Part shown: positions 1 to 12,700 of the stretch, piece by piece
Layout: each line of letters starts with the position of its first letter
Numbering within the stretch: the first letter of the stretch is position 1
Assembly: GCA_964036045.1 (NCBI GenBank)
Contig: OZ038378.1
Location: 182,280,001-182,344,000 of the forward strand
Length of the DNA: 64,000 bases
Origin: Eutreptiella sp. 'Long Island Sound 2002'
Taxonomy: Eukaryota > Protista > Euglenida
Direction of reading: 5' to 3'
Notes under the pieces: model-generated
The model's database searches: none
What the model saw: only the letters and a program-made list of their open reading frames with translations
Told to the model about the DNA's origin: nothing
Position numbers and translations under genes: made by a program

Positions 1-639
1 TGCCTACCAGCGTGGCAGTTCCAGCTGCATTTCCTGGTATCAGGTTTAGCCCATCCTCACTACGTGTGCTTTCCACTGCTGCAGAGTGTGGTGGCAGTTG
101 TGGGACCCTCTCACAGTAAAACGTCTTGGTGCAATCCAGGCCATAAACCCTCATTCAGATACTTAATAAAACAAAAGTGTCAAACCCTCACAAATACACC
201 TGCACTCCCTCTCTGCATTGCACACGCACCAACAACAACTACCCAGGGAAGACCATGCGAACAAAACCCGCGGATATACGGAAATAGGCAGCTGGCACCA
301 TGCCCGCTTGGCCGATTTATGGGCCGTAGCACTGCACCACATACCCGCATGAAGCACAAATGGTCCCTTTCGCAGTGAGCACAGAAGCAGTCACATCTCT
401 TTTACGCCCTCGACTCGAGCCTTGTTTGGACAAGGCGTTGTCTGCGCAAAGGGATGGGATGCGTCCCCTGACCGGTGCCACTCCCTGCACACTGCACACA
501 CACCGCTCAGGGCACTGATCAGCAGTTCGTTGCAGACAGTGTCCATACATGGTCGGCACTTGGGAAGGGAAGGCTGGCTCTCTTTGAGGGGCAGTGGGGC
601 CAAACGGGGCCGTGGTGAATAGTTGGGGTGAGGACCAGG

Positions 640-715
640 ACAACCTCCCGGAATTGAACCCGCGTTTGTACCCCTTTCAGACCTTCCGTGCTTCATTGCG
701 TTGTGCCACGAAATG
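640..715 (-). other. tRNA-like (Pol III A-box/B-box) relic, possible SINE head
   Basis: Minus-strand TGGCACAACGC (708-698) and GGTTCAATTCC (660-650) at tRNA-like spacing; anticodon and acceptor stems do not pair properly. Confidence 0.3.
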
Positions 716-3580
716 CCAGACCCTTTGAGCCATCAAGGGCCGTCTCGTCAAGCAGACACCTCCTGTCCTACATGTGAACGGGAGTGTTGAGGTTGTGCAC
801 CACGACTACTACTGAAGAGGGAGGGTGCGGGTGCGTGCCGACCTTCCAAAAAAATGCAGAATGCGCTGACAAAGCGGTGAAAAATGCAAGGTTCTGATGG
901 TAGACAACCAGCAATAGTGCTATATTTCTGCAACCAGGCACACGTCAAGGGTGATCCAACCTATCAAATCGAATCTCTGCCCAGGTCAGGCAAATACAGT
1001 GTCACCGGCCTGGAACAAATCATTGCATACCGAAACAACAGATTTCAGGTCCAGGTGCCGTAGGCTAGTCCTATGAGGGATTGCAGCCTCCTCTATTTCA
1101 GTTCATACACATGAAGTAATACAAATAATACATACGTAGCTTGTACATTTTGGGACTTTTGCATCATGTCTGGAGCCTTCTTGTATTTCTTAGAATCCAA
1201 ATGCCCTTGTACTTGTCGCTTGTATTGCAGCCTTGATCACAATTCATTCTCTTGGCGGCTGTTCATTTTTGTCATGAAGATTCTGCGGTTCTTAACTGAT
1301 AACTATTGAATCTACTCGTACTTGTGAATCTAGGCCAGTTTCGCAAACAAGGGCTACACACTAGCAGTGGCCTCGGACTGCTGAGAAGCAAATTCCTCTT
1401 GACCCTCAAAATAAGACATCAGGCCGAAAGGGGCCTGCCACAAAACATCAGACAAAATGTTTCAGCATGATTCCATTGTGGCTCATCATGGTCCATATGC
1501 ACTACATGTACATGTTGTGCATATGGATGCCATGCGCGTATCATGCATATGGACACTGCGCACGGTTCAGTATTGGCGCAAAGGTTGGTGTGCGTTCAGG
1601 TTACATGTCGGAACAACAACCTGTGCACAATGCCTTTCTTCCTCCTCCCCACGAAGACAGTGGTTCAGCATTTGACTGCTTACAATTCACGGCCTCAATT
1701 CCAGACAGCACCAGAAGCAGCCCCTCGGGTGTTGGGTCGGTGCAGATATCACTTCCTCACCCTTGAACCAGGAGTGCCAATATCACCTTCTCATCAGAGG
1801 TAGCGGATGCCATTGGGGTGTGCAGGGAAGTCAGTGTTTCGGGCGGGGGTAGTGTGAAAGGGCGATGGAACCCCCCAAAAGCGGAGCCGGGGCTCCGGGA
1901 ATAAGGGATTCAATCGACAGTCCGCCACTGTGCAGTCAGGCGTCGCTAATTCCATTACAGTTCCATTTGCAGCTGAAGAACTTTCCGGCGCCTCCAAATG
2001 GCACACAAAGGGCGCCCTGTTGTCTCAATTTCGCTTAGGTCTCACAAAAGTAGGGTCACCAAGAGTGGCTTGGACAAGGCGTGGCTCATGTGCAATCCTT
2101 AGATACCGTATTCATGGTGCCAAAATCATTTCTATAAAAAAAATCCGGTGCCTCTTGTAAGGGTAGTGTGCTTGGACCAGGTGATTGCTCAATGACCCCT
2201 GGGGGAGGTGGGCCAGGGTGTGGCCACCCACCCAGCCACCAACCTGTCCTCTTTGGGGGTTCATGTTTTGCCTTACCATCATGCAACTCAGGGTGGCCTA
2301 TACCTGTGAACTTAATAAAACCCCAATGGCGGTAATTCCGAGCAAGGATCCTCCATGTGGGCGCCAGTAGTCCCCTTTGCCCCGAATTCACTCCCCTATA
2401 TCCCACAAACGACTGAACCAGTTCTGCTACTCCCCAAATCCCGGGTTATCTTGGAGGCATCTATGTTCAACCCCTGAAAGGAATGCCACCATTGCCAAAA
2501 AAAGGGCCCCCGACCCAGTGGCTGTTGGCGAAAAAGACAAAAAAATCATTTTCAACCGGTTGCTTGGACTAGGTGTTGCTTGGAAGAGGTGTTGTTTGGA
2601 CAATGTGTTGGCTGTACCAGGGGCGGTGGGGCTACACAGGGGATGTGGTCACGTGCACTGCATGCCATCAATTTGAATATTAGACAGCCACAATCCAGAA
2701 CTGTGCAGTGCCAGTGCCCTGAGGTCTGCCCACTAAGGGCTGCACCCCTGGCCGTCGGCCAAAGGCTTGAGCCGCGGCTTTTCATGCAACGCTGCGCAAC
2801 GCTCTGGGCCACACACGCTTGGTCTATTGAAGGCACGCCGTTGCGGGTGCTGTTCGGCGACCACCATCCGCATGGCGCAGGACCATCTGCACTTCAATGA
2901 GGCGCAAATCAGTGGCCTCTCGCAGTTTGCTACAGCTGCACGCTCAGTTCCTTTTTGGGAGCCAATCAGGATAGTTGAGTCCATGCTGCAGGTCCGGAGG
3001 ATGGCCCCCTCCCTTCCCTCCTCAGAGTCACCAGAGTGGCCCCAATATATAATACCTCCCCAGCCTCTGTACAGCGGTGCGTACCATTCCCCTCGGCTCT
3101 GCCATCTATCCACAAGGGAATCCGCACCTGAGCACGACTGGCTATTGTCGGCACCACAGCAATCGCGGCCCTTTGACCAAACCCCCTCCCCCTAGATACA
3201 GCTGCTGCCCAGCCTCACGCTTCACAAGCCCCAATCCCTGACCACAACCACAACCACAAATTCCAATTCCTGAGACGATTCGCCATGCTAAAGTAGAGGC
3301 GGTCTGATAATTACGGACACCACCTGCAAGTTGTACCCTTGGGACTATATCGAGGAAGACGGCCCCTCTCTGAAAAACGGTGAAGGTCCGCAAGCGGATG
3401 AGTGAATCGGCGATGTGGGCTGGCCGAATCTCAGAACAAACAGACCAAACCCACACTCTTGCCCTCTGCCGTCATATTGCAAACAAGGGAGGCTGTTGAT
3501 GGGGCGTTGCAGGGAGACATCGCACGCAATAGGCCGAGTCTTCCGCCGCTTCGGCGCCCTGGCGTTCCCTCGAGGCCATG

Positions 3581-3778
3581 TTACTTGCCGCCTCCGATGA
3601 CGGCGCCCGTCTTCTCGTCGTACTGCAGGCCGCCTGTCCAGCCCGGGGGGTGCGGTACCGCCCCGGGCACGTCGAATGCGTGCACATTCTCCTGCGGCTG
3701 CAGCATACGATCCAATTCGCCGTTGGTGTTGTAGGAGGCCACGATGCGCTTCACGAAATCAGGAGTGTGCCTCTCCGC
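3581..3778 (-). CDS. HCAR: HCAR exon 9 (terminal)
   Basis: ctgcag|AERHTPDFVKRIVASYNTNGELDRML...GAVIGGGK-TAA. Confidence 0.88.
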   Translation of the reverse strand, partial: AERHTPDFVKRIVASYNTNGELDRMLQPQENVHAFDVPGAVPHPPGWTGGLQYDEKTGAVIGGGK

Positions 3779-6700
3779 CTGCAGACCAACAGAACGGGCG
3801 TCTCTCGCTGCATCCGATCAGACCACCGCTTGGCTTCTCCCGCTACCCCAAATGGTCTGTCTGCATGCGTGAAATGTCCAGAAGACCAACAAACCGCCTT
3901 CAACAACCTTCGACAACAACCAGCAACAACCACGTTCCTCGACAACCCTCACAAACCCCAGCAATTCTCAACAACTCGAAAACCGAAAGCTCAGATCAGC
4001 CCCAGACGACCCGACACAACCCAAAACAGCCGCACGCGTGGCATCCGGCGGCACAGTACTTGTCCCTCACACCTGTTCTCTGCCCATGTTCCGCACGCAG
4101 TACAGCCAATTCCGCAAGTAGTGGTAGTCCAAAGAGTAACGCCCAAACTCCAGCCCCTTGGGCCCTATCCACTGGAGAATCGTGGGCAACAGATTGGCCA
4201 CAAACGGCGGAGGCCCAGTCGGGGGCCCTTTTCCAAAAAATGCCGCGTCATCGGCCTCGAGCGTCTGCAGCACGAAGGGCTTCCGGTTCCCGGAGTCGAC
4301 GGTTGGCATGACCTCCAGGCGGTCGCGAATGAGGTCGAACATCTGGCGGCCACGGGCGTTACGGACGGTGACGTACTGCGGGTGTTTGGTCATGGGCGTC
4401 TGCACAGGAAGAGGGAGAGAGACCGAGAAGGGGAAGAGGTGGACGTCCAAGACCTTCCCAGGGATAGATATAGTGGCGGGGCTGGTCCCCCGCCCCCAGA
4501 GACCCCCCCAGCCCCCCCCGCACCTGACGAAGTGACGACGACGAAATTCGGCCAGCCAGTTTTGGCCAATTTTCACAACTTTTGACCCTTGAAAAAAAAA
4601 AGACTTTTGGGCCCCCATCACATACATCTTCGAGTTCAGCACATTCCGCTGATCAATTTAATGGGCCTCATGAGATTTTTTGACAGAAAATTTTCTCGAG
4701 ATTTTGGACCACTTTTGGCCCCTTAGACAAAAAATTCGGCGGCTTCAGCACCAAAATTTACCCTTTACCATAAGATGGACAATGGAGTTTCGCGATCGTC
4801 ATTTCGTCATCTCGGGGCCCTCAGACCCCCAACCCAACCCACCCCACCCCACCCCCATCAAAATAACTCGGTCACTAGTATATCCATCCCTAGACGTTCC
4901 CCAAAACCCTCTGCGAGCTTTGACGACACTCGGCACCCATCAAAACCCGCCCGAAAACCCCCTTGACAACCCTCCTCATCACTTCGCAGCCTGCAACTCC
5001 CGTTCACAGCCGTCCACACCCCTACACAAAACCCCGCCCCCCTCCGCACAATTGGGGTGCCTCCGCACAGTTTGGATGTGATAGACGGCACCCTCGGCGA
5101 CTGCAGCAGCGGACAAGCGGGCAACTCACGGAATGGGACCTGGAAATACGGAACTCCCATGTACCCGACAACGATATCCGCCAGACCATTGGTGTAATCA
5201 AAGCAGGACCGGCAGGGCTCTCCGATGACCCCGTGCGCCAAATAATTCGACGGCAGAGAGAAATATGGGATAATCTCATAATCATTTTCGATGGGGGAGC
5301 CCGGGAGATGTTTGATATGCACACAGTAGTCCTGCGGTACAATGACGAGGCTACACTTGGAGATGGGGACGGAGGTCGGAGTATCGGATGCGGATGAAGA
5401 GCAAGACTCTGGACAGGGGCGGGGGGACAAGGGCATCGAGGTCCGTGCCTCTCACAATCACGAGTGCTCGGCAGTTATTGGCATTGCTCTGCGCGCTGCG
5501 GCGTCGTTGACTGCCCCAACTTTGGCGGGTCTTGTCAGCCCACCCGAGATCTCAGAGGTCCCGGACACCAATGAAAAGTGTTGCCACAGAAATACCCGGG
5601 ACCAGTACTGTGCCTACGCTCGAGGGAAATGCCCGGGGACAGGCACACGTTATTTTTGGCCCCGAGCCGGACAATCCAGCCCCCCGTGGGCGCGAAGAAA
5701 TTGCTCCGCCGGGGGGGACGTGGCACAAACGCCATTTCCTGACCCCCCCCCCCCTCCTGCACCCTCGGCTGCCGTGCCGGGACCCTTTCCGAGCCTGTGC
5801 TGCAGATGATGCAGCAAAGCTGACAGAAATTTGAAGAAACTTGAAATGGAAGTGGCTCTCCCGTAGTGAGACCAATCTCTGATGACCTCATTTGCACAAA
5901 AGAATTGGCAATCCAAAAGCGCCAGTGAAGGCAAGAGCGCAAGGCAGCGGCAGCACAGCAAGTGACAACCCTGAGCCAAGCCTCCACCACAAAGGCTGCG
6001 ACATATTGTCGGGTGACGGGTGTGTGTGGAGGGGCCAGGGTTCCCCAACATTTATGACGCAAAACGACCCCTGCAATGCGCTGATCATTTTGGGTGGAAA
6101 ATGGCAGCCCATTTCCCATGCCATGACCACCAACAAACGTCACTTCTCCGTCGGGGGGGAACCGCCAGTGTCTCACCAGTCGCCCCTGCGCATCCGGGAC
6201 TGGTGTACAACGCACCACTCCGACAGCGGGGCAGCAGCCGCATAGACGAGGCTCCTCGTGTGGCCGCAGTCTCGCCGCAAGTGGACACAGCCTCCAGGAA
6301 CACTTCTGTCGTTGTCGCCGGGGGATTCTGGACCCGGCCCACGCGTTGCCTCTCTGGCAGTGAGCTACGGCTCTTGTCGCAATAGTCGAAGCAACAGGCA
6401 CCGAGACAGGGGCACATTTACACGAGAGGAAGGAGGGGGGGGGGGGGCTCGTTTGAGGGGGTCATGACACGGGGGAGAAGAAGGAGACGAAGCCTGCCCT
6501 CGCCTGCTCAGGGAGCATGTGTGACCGTCGGACCGGGGGGGAGGGTGGCGGATGCAACACCCGTTGGCCCAGCGCGCAATGCGCGACGGGGGTAGCGGAG
6601 GGGCCAGGGGGGCACACCTGCATGAACTCATACCCGATGACCGTGTCAGGGGACTTGGAAGCCACATCCAAAAACTTCTGGAGGCCGTCCCGCGGGCCGT

Positions 6701-9700
6701 TGTCCGCGCAGTTGGTACCGATGATGTACAGCTCCTCGAGTCCCAGGTACTTCTCGATCGAGCGCACCGCCTGCACTTGGCATCCGACGCCTACACAACG
6801 ACAGGCATTGGGGTCTGTGGGCGCACTCATCGCAATGGCTTGGGGCAGTGGGGGGTCTGAAGAGAGGAGCAAGCGACTTTCCTCCCTCCCCATCCTCTTT
6901 CAGTTGCTGAAGTGAAAGGCCAATACAAGAAAAAAAAAGCAGCACGGCCTCTTTGCTTTAAATCTTATCCGATGAACAAAGCCAGCAAGGCAGCAACAAA
7001 GCAAAATCGTTCAGAGCTGGAACCTGAAGCAGGTCCTGCTGGGGATGACGACATCGAGAAGATTGGTGCATCAGTGAGGGGCACACAAAGTGGCAGATGC
7101 CCACTTCATGCAACTGCTCCCCGAAGCCTTGGGGCAGGGGGTAGGCTGGGGCCTGAGGGTGGGGCGCTGCTGAGGGTGCTGGCTCTCCCTGCCCCATTCA
7201 CTCCCTCCCAATCCAATGGTCAAAACCCTGCGCCAAATGGCCAATTGGGGGCTTTTGGGGAGCCTTCACTTGGGCCCAAAAGCGCACCGCATCACCATCT
7301 TGAGGAACCCCACCCCTTTGGACCCCCCCCCACCCCCTTCGCCCGGTACCTCACCACGGGTCCCGGGTCAGGGAAAGGGGGGTTTTGGATACTACATTTT
7401 TTCACTTCCTTGAAGTGTTGTGACATGATAACGATGGCAGGCAACATGCTGGACGGGACACACCAACAAGACAGCGCCCCACGTAGGGTATGCTATGCTT
7501 GTCTAGTGTTATCAAAATGAAGCTCAGGATAGGATCACATTACAACAAATTGGAGAATCAAAAGGACTGTTGGCAAGTGATGACAGAAATGACGAATCAT
7601 ACAAAATTTCGCTGGAAGCAAGTAGACCGTATGATGGTTAATTTGAAAAAGGCCAAACAAATGGCCCGGATCACAGACAAGCATACATCCGTTGTTACGG
7701 ACCCGATGAACGTTGAAGTAGCTCAAAGAGAAGTGGTTTTGGACAACAATTTTAATTCGAGTCGAAGACACCTTGAGCCACATTAACCCGCTGCAATAGG
7801 TGGGGTGAATCAATCACAGAGCAATGCAGCACCACATATGGGGATTTCGTGGGAAATGGGTCACCAACGATGCCTCCATGTTGGTCACTATCGATTATCG
7901 CAATGCTTACCCGATGCTGTTGGTCACCTTCATTCAAGAAGCGCATAATTTCTTGTCCTTTCCACCAATGTTTGTAAAGCTTGTCCTTGCAATCCTCTTA
8001 TTGTAGTACAACCTTTTTTCGGCAGCGCGGCGATGAAAGAAGTCACTTTCTCGAAGGATGGAGGAATCTATCAAATAGAGGGGACCCGGTTTCTCCTCAA
8101 CGGTTTTCTTTTTGTGTGGCAATCGTTATGTACCCACTGCGCCAATTGCACACGCGGCTGGGGTTGTAATTGTACCTTGATGATTTTTGCGTCACGTTGT
8201 TTTGTGAATATCTTTGGAACCAAGTGGGAGTGGGTTTTCCACGAATTGAGAAACTTTTGTGCGATGTTCCGCTTGCGGTTGAACTTGGGCAAGTGAGTCA
8301 CCATGCTTTCGGCAGGCGGCTGCATTGGCACCAGGATCGCCTGCCGACGAACCTGAAAATTCTAAAAACAGCCAGATTCAGGCGCCTAAGGTCACTTGAA
8401 CCAAAAAATTCCCGAACAGGCCACCTACAAGTGCCCCGGTCTCCAGACCCTAGAAATACCGAAACTGGGCGGTCTGCTTCGGTCTGCTAGGTCTGCTAAA
8501 ACACAGAAATTTCGAACCCATCCAATTTGATGCCCCCAGTTAGTACTGTTGTAAGACGGGGCGTCTTAGAAAATCTAAGACACATGTAAGACGCATGTAA
8601 GACGCATGTAAGACGGATGTAAGACGCATGTAAGACGGATGTAAGACGCATGTAAGACGGATGTAAGACGCATGTAAGACGCCCCGTCTTACATAATCTA
8701 AGACGGGGCGTCTTAGAAAATCTAAGACGGGGCGTCTTAGATTATCTAAGACGCCCCGTCTTAGATTATGTAAGACGCCCCGTCTTAGATTATGTAAGAC
8801 GCCCCGTCTTAGATAATCTAAGACGGGGCGTCTTAGATTTTCTAAGACGCCCCGTCTTAGATTATGTAAGACGGGGCGTCTGGTACTTGGAATGTGTATT
8901 GCAGTGTGTGATGGATTGAACGAATAATATGATAATAATAGAATGAAAAATATGAAAAAGAGAGGTGTGTAGGACGGGGTTGGTCATACAGATCTAATAC
9001 CATGCAAATCCGAAAGATTTGCGTAAATAATTAATTCCCGGCACAAGGTGTTATTGTCCGCAAAAAAAATGTGTAAAAAATTATTTATTGGCTTCATGCC
9101 TTACGCAAAAATGGGTTCCCGGTCCCATCGCTCCATCCTATCAATCCATCCCATCACTCCATCCCATCACTCCATCTCACCACTCCATCCCATCACTCAC
9201 TTCCTTAACCGGGCCCTCTTCTGCGAAGGTGGTTGCAAACAGGGAAGGTTAGGGAAGGTATGCCTGTTTTTCTCTTGTAGGTTTCGTTTGGTCAGCGCGG
9301 AACGTTTCCGAGATCGATATCAGTGATGTAGTGCAGCGAGCGCCAAAATCAGAGAGGAAGTATGAAAACAATCAAAAACGAGGTTGGGTTAACAAATTCT
9401 CTCCTTTCCAAAACCCGGGCAAGCGACCTGGGGCCTAGCCACAGGGTGGCAGGTGACTGTTTGGCACGATATTGGTTTGTGGTAAGTAGGAGCTTTGTCT
9501 GGACCACTGCGACCTAAATAGACCGCTGTGCTTAAATAGGTGGGATCAGTTACTACCTTTGGGTCAAACAAGATATTGGGTGATTGTAAGTAGGTACGTC
9601 TCCCTTCCCAACCCTGGGCGACAGACCTGGGGCCCAGCCACTGGGTGGCGGGTATGCAGACCTACTTGTTTGAAGGATGGATGCACTAGTAGCACTAGTA

Positions 9701-12700
9701 AAGATAGGTAGGTGCAGTAGCAATTGTTTCGTTTATTTTCGTTTTGTGCTATTTTGGCGCGGCAATTTTCAGCCTAAGAAGCAAACCAGGGTTGGCGCCG
9801 GAATGGAAACCCGAGGGGTCAACAATGCCTATGGCGGCTCTGGTTTGTTTCTGCAAAACAGCAATCTTTCTTTGCGGCACTGATGCCGTGAAGTTAAGAC
9901 TGCCCCTTAGCGCCCTGCATTGGCTATGCAGGAGCGAATTGTCAAGCCCTGTCGTCAGGTGAGTCTGGTATATGAGGTACTGGTTACCCGGGGAAACAAA
10001 ACATTTGTATGCCTGTGTAGGAATGGACTGCAATCCCAGTGTCCAACTCATCCACATTTGTATGCCTGTGTAGGAATGGACTGCAATCCCAGAGTCCAAC
10101 TCATCCACATTTGTATGCCTGTGTAGGAATGGACTGCAATCCCAGAGTCCAACTCATCCACATTTGTATGCCTGTGTAGGAATGGACTGCAATCCCAGAG
10201 TCCAACTCATCCACATTTGTATGCCTGTGTAGGAATGGACTGCAATCCCAGAGTCCATTTTTGGAGGGAAAACAGGCGGATACAAGTGCAATGCTTCACC
10301 CCCCACTATCTCTGTAGGTCCCCCTGCGAGGGGGGACCTTGTCAAATTTCCTTCACCCCCCACTATCTCTGCAGGTCCCCCTACGGGGGGGACCTTGTCA
10401 GGCAGTTACAGGTCAACATACCCCTTAAGCCCCTCCCCCTTGCTCTCGACCCCTTCCCCGACCTCCGGTGCCTTTGGCACTAGCCATTCCCAATCAAGGA
10501 AACAAACAAAAGTCTGTTAAACACAAGGGGGCCACTGGCAGCACCGCTTTCGCAAATTTTATTTTTTCTTTTTTGGGGACTGTCTCTTTCAATGTTAAAC
10601 TGGTGCTGTCTGATGGCTGGGTGCCTGGGCAGGCAGGTTTCACCTTCTTGCCCTACAGGGGGGGGAGGAGAGGACGCCCAGGCACCCAAGGGGTCCAAGA
10701 GAGCATGGTGGGATATAAAAATAAAAACCTGTAAGTTCCTCTCCTGCCCTCCCCGCCAGGGCCACCCCCGCCTTGTTTGCCCCCAGCCTTCGGGTTCCAC
10801 ACATTCAGTGACTTTAACAGGTCAGGGATGTTGAAGACTTTAAAATTTTTTTGTGGTGTGTATGTGTTACGATTCACATGGTTCATTACTCAGGAATTGC
10901 ACCCAGCCCCTCCTGTTTTGCACTCTTTTGTGACGGCTTTGTAAAGGAATTTGTTCGGGAAAACCTCAGCATAGGCCACAGAGGACAGACTCATTGACCT
11001 GCAGCACTGTCGAAACCCCCTCTCCCTTGCGGTGTTGTGTTGTGACGTTGTGCCAACAGGTGTTCTGTAGAGTTCCAAATTTGTGTGTTGCATGTCAGCA
11101 TGTATTAGCAAGAAGTATTGACAAGAAGGGTGAAAGGAAGGAAGAGAATACTTGCAGCAAAGTACATGGATGCAAGCAGTTGTAAAAAGAGATTAGAACA
11201 GGAGAAGGGAACAACACCACATAATAGAATGGGATGTTGCTGATGTGAAAGTGGACACGGCAAAAGTTATGGTGCAGCCATTGTTGCTGTGCACCCTGCT
11301 ACAGGGTGCACTTGTGTTGCTTTGTGACGATGTTGTACACTCTTGCCTTTCATAGCAAACTACTGCATTGATTGTGCCATGCTTGTCCTATGTATAGGAG
11401 CTCTATATGTCTGCATTTCAGCGTTGTGAGGGCTGCTTGTGGCCTTTGGATGCTGCAGGCTGGTGCACAAAGGGGCGATTGCACTGTGCTCCTTGTGGTT
11501 GCCCGTTCAAGAATGATGGATCTTGCCCCCGTTGCAACCAAGTAGTGTGGGACGACAATTTACAATACTACGTTCCACTCTTGCAAGACACACAGGAAGA
11601 CATGGTGGCGGCAGACGTGTCGGACTCTGGGTCTGACAGTGGGTGGGATGCCCCATCTCTACAATGGTCACCGACACCACCACCTTCGTTCCATGAGTTT
11701 GAGTCTTCCTCGGACTCCGACTTTTGAGAGGGTCCTCAATGCCGTTTCCATGAAGACTGGCACACTTTGTGTCGAACACGGTGTTTTTCAACACCACTGC
11801 TTGCCCCACTTGGTGGGGCCATTTGAAATTGTGCTGTGTGTCTTTTCGTAGTTGTTGCACAGGCAATTGATTGACGTTTGGAGGCCTAGGTACTCTACCC
11901 CCCGGGGGGGGGGGTCTGCGTGCTGTTTTTTGGGATTTTGGGTGCCCTCCGGAAACCCCCCCCCTGTTCGGGGCAAAATTTACCACTGTACGGGCCATTG
12001 TGCGGGGCGGACCTTTTTTGTTAGAAAACCCTCAGCAGGGCATTGCGTAGTGACCCCAATCACCAAAATATGTTCAGAATGTATACCACCAATAAGCCAA
12101 ATGTTAGCAGAGACATGTCATAGCTAAGTTGGTACATGCGGATATTCACAGGGGTGAAGTCATGGGTTCAATTCCCACCTCTGGCGCTTTTCTGGCGCTT
12201 CTTCTGGAGCTTCTGGCGCTTTCTCTGGCGTTTTTTCGGTATTACAAGTGCACATGACATGCATTGGACACAATCACAAACAACCCGGAACCTTTTCTGG
12301 CGTTGTTTTCTGCGCTTGTGGCGCTTTTGTTGGCGGTTTTCTGGCACTCCTGGCGCTTTTGTGGCGCTTTTTCTGGAGCTTCTGGCGCTTTCTCTGGCGG
12401 TTTTTCAGTGTTACAAGTGCACATGACATGCATTGGACACAGTCACAAAGAACCCGGAACCTTTTCTGGCGTTGTTTTCTGCGCTTCTGGCGCTTTTTCT
12501 GGCGCTTTTTCTGGCGCTTCTGGGCTTGTGCAGCATTACAAGTGCACATGACATGCATTGGACACATGCATTGGATTTCTTTGCTTTGCGCAAGGGTTTC
12601 ACTGGTTTCACTGGTACAGCACGCTGGCAGTAGTAGTGGTGGGCCAATAGTGGATTGGGCCTGTTTTCTCGACATCACCTGTAGGCCTCGAGTGCCCTGT

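Noticed and set aside
750-3400. Coding-like fragments downstream of HCAR (e.g. 960-1440 minus, 2767-3195 plus)
   Set aside because: Riddled with stops and with no recognisable motif; probably old element debris but unassignable.
3578-4585. 335-aa plus-strand ORF
   Set aside because: Antisense shadow of HCAR exons 8-9.
8546-8880. CRISPR-like appearance of the palindromic arrays (also 19143-19403 and 17880-19007)
   Set aside because: No unique spacers, no cas genes, eukaryotic context; explained as transposon subterminal repeats and minisatellites.
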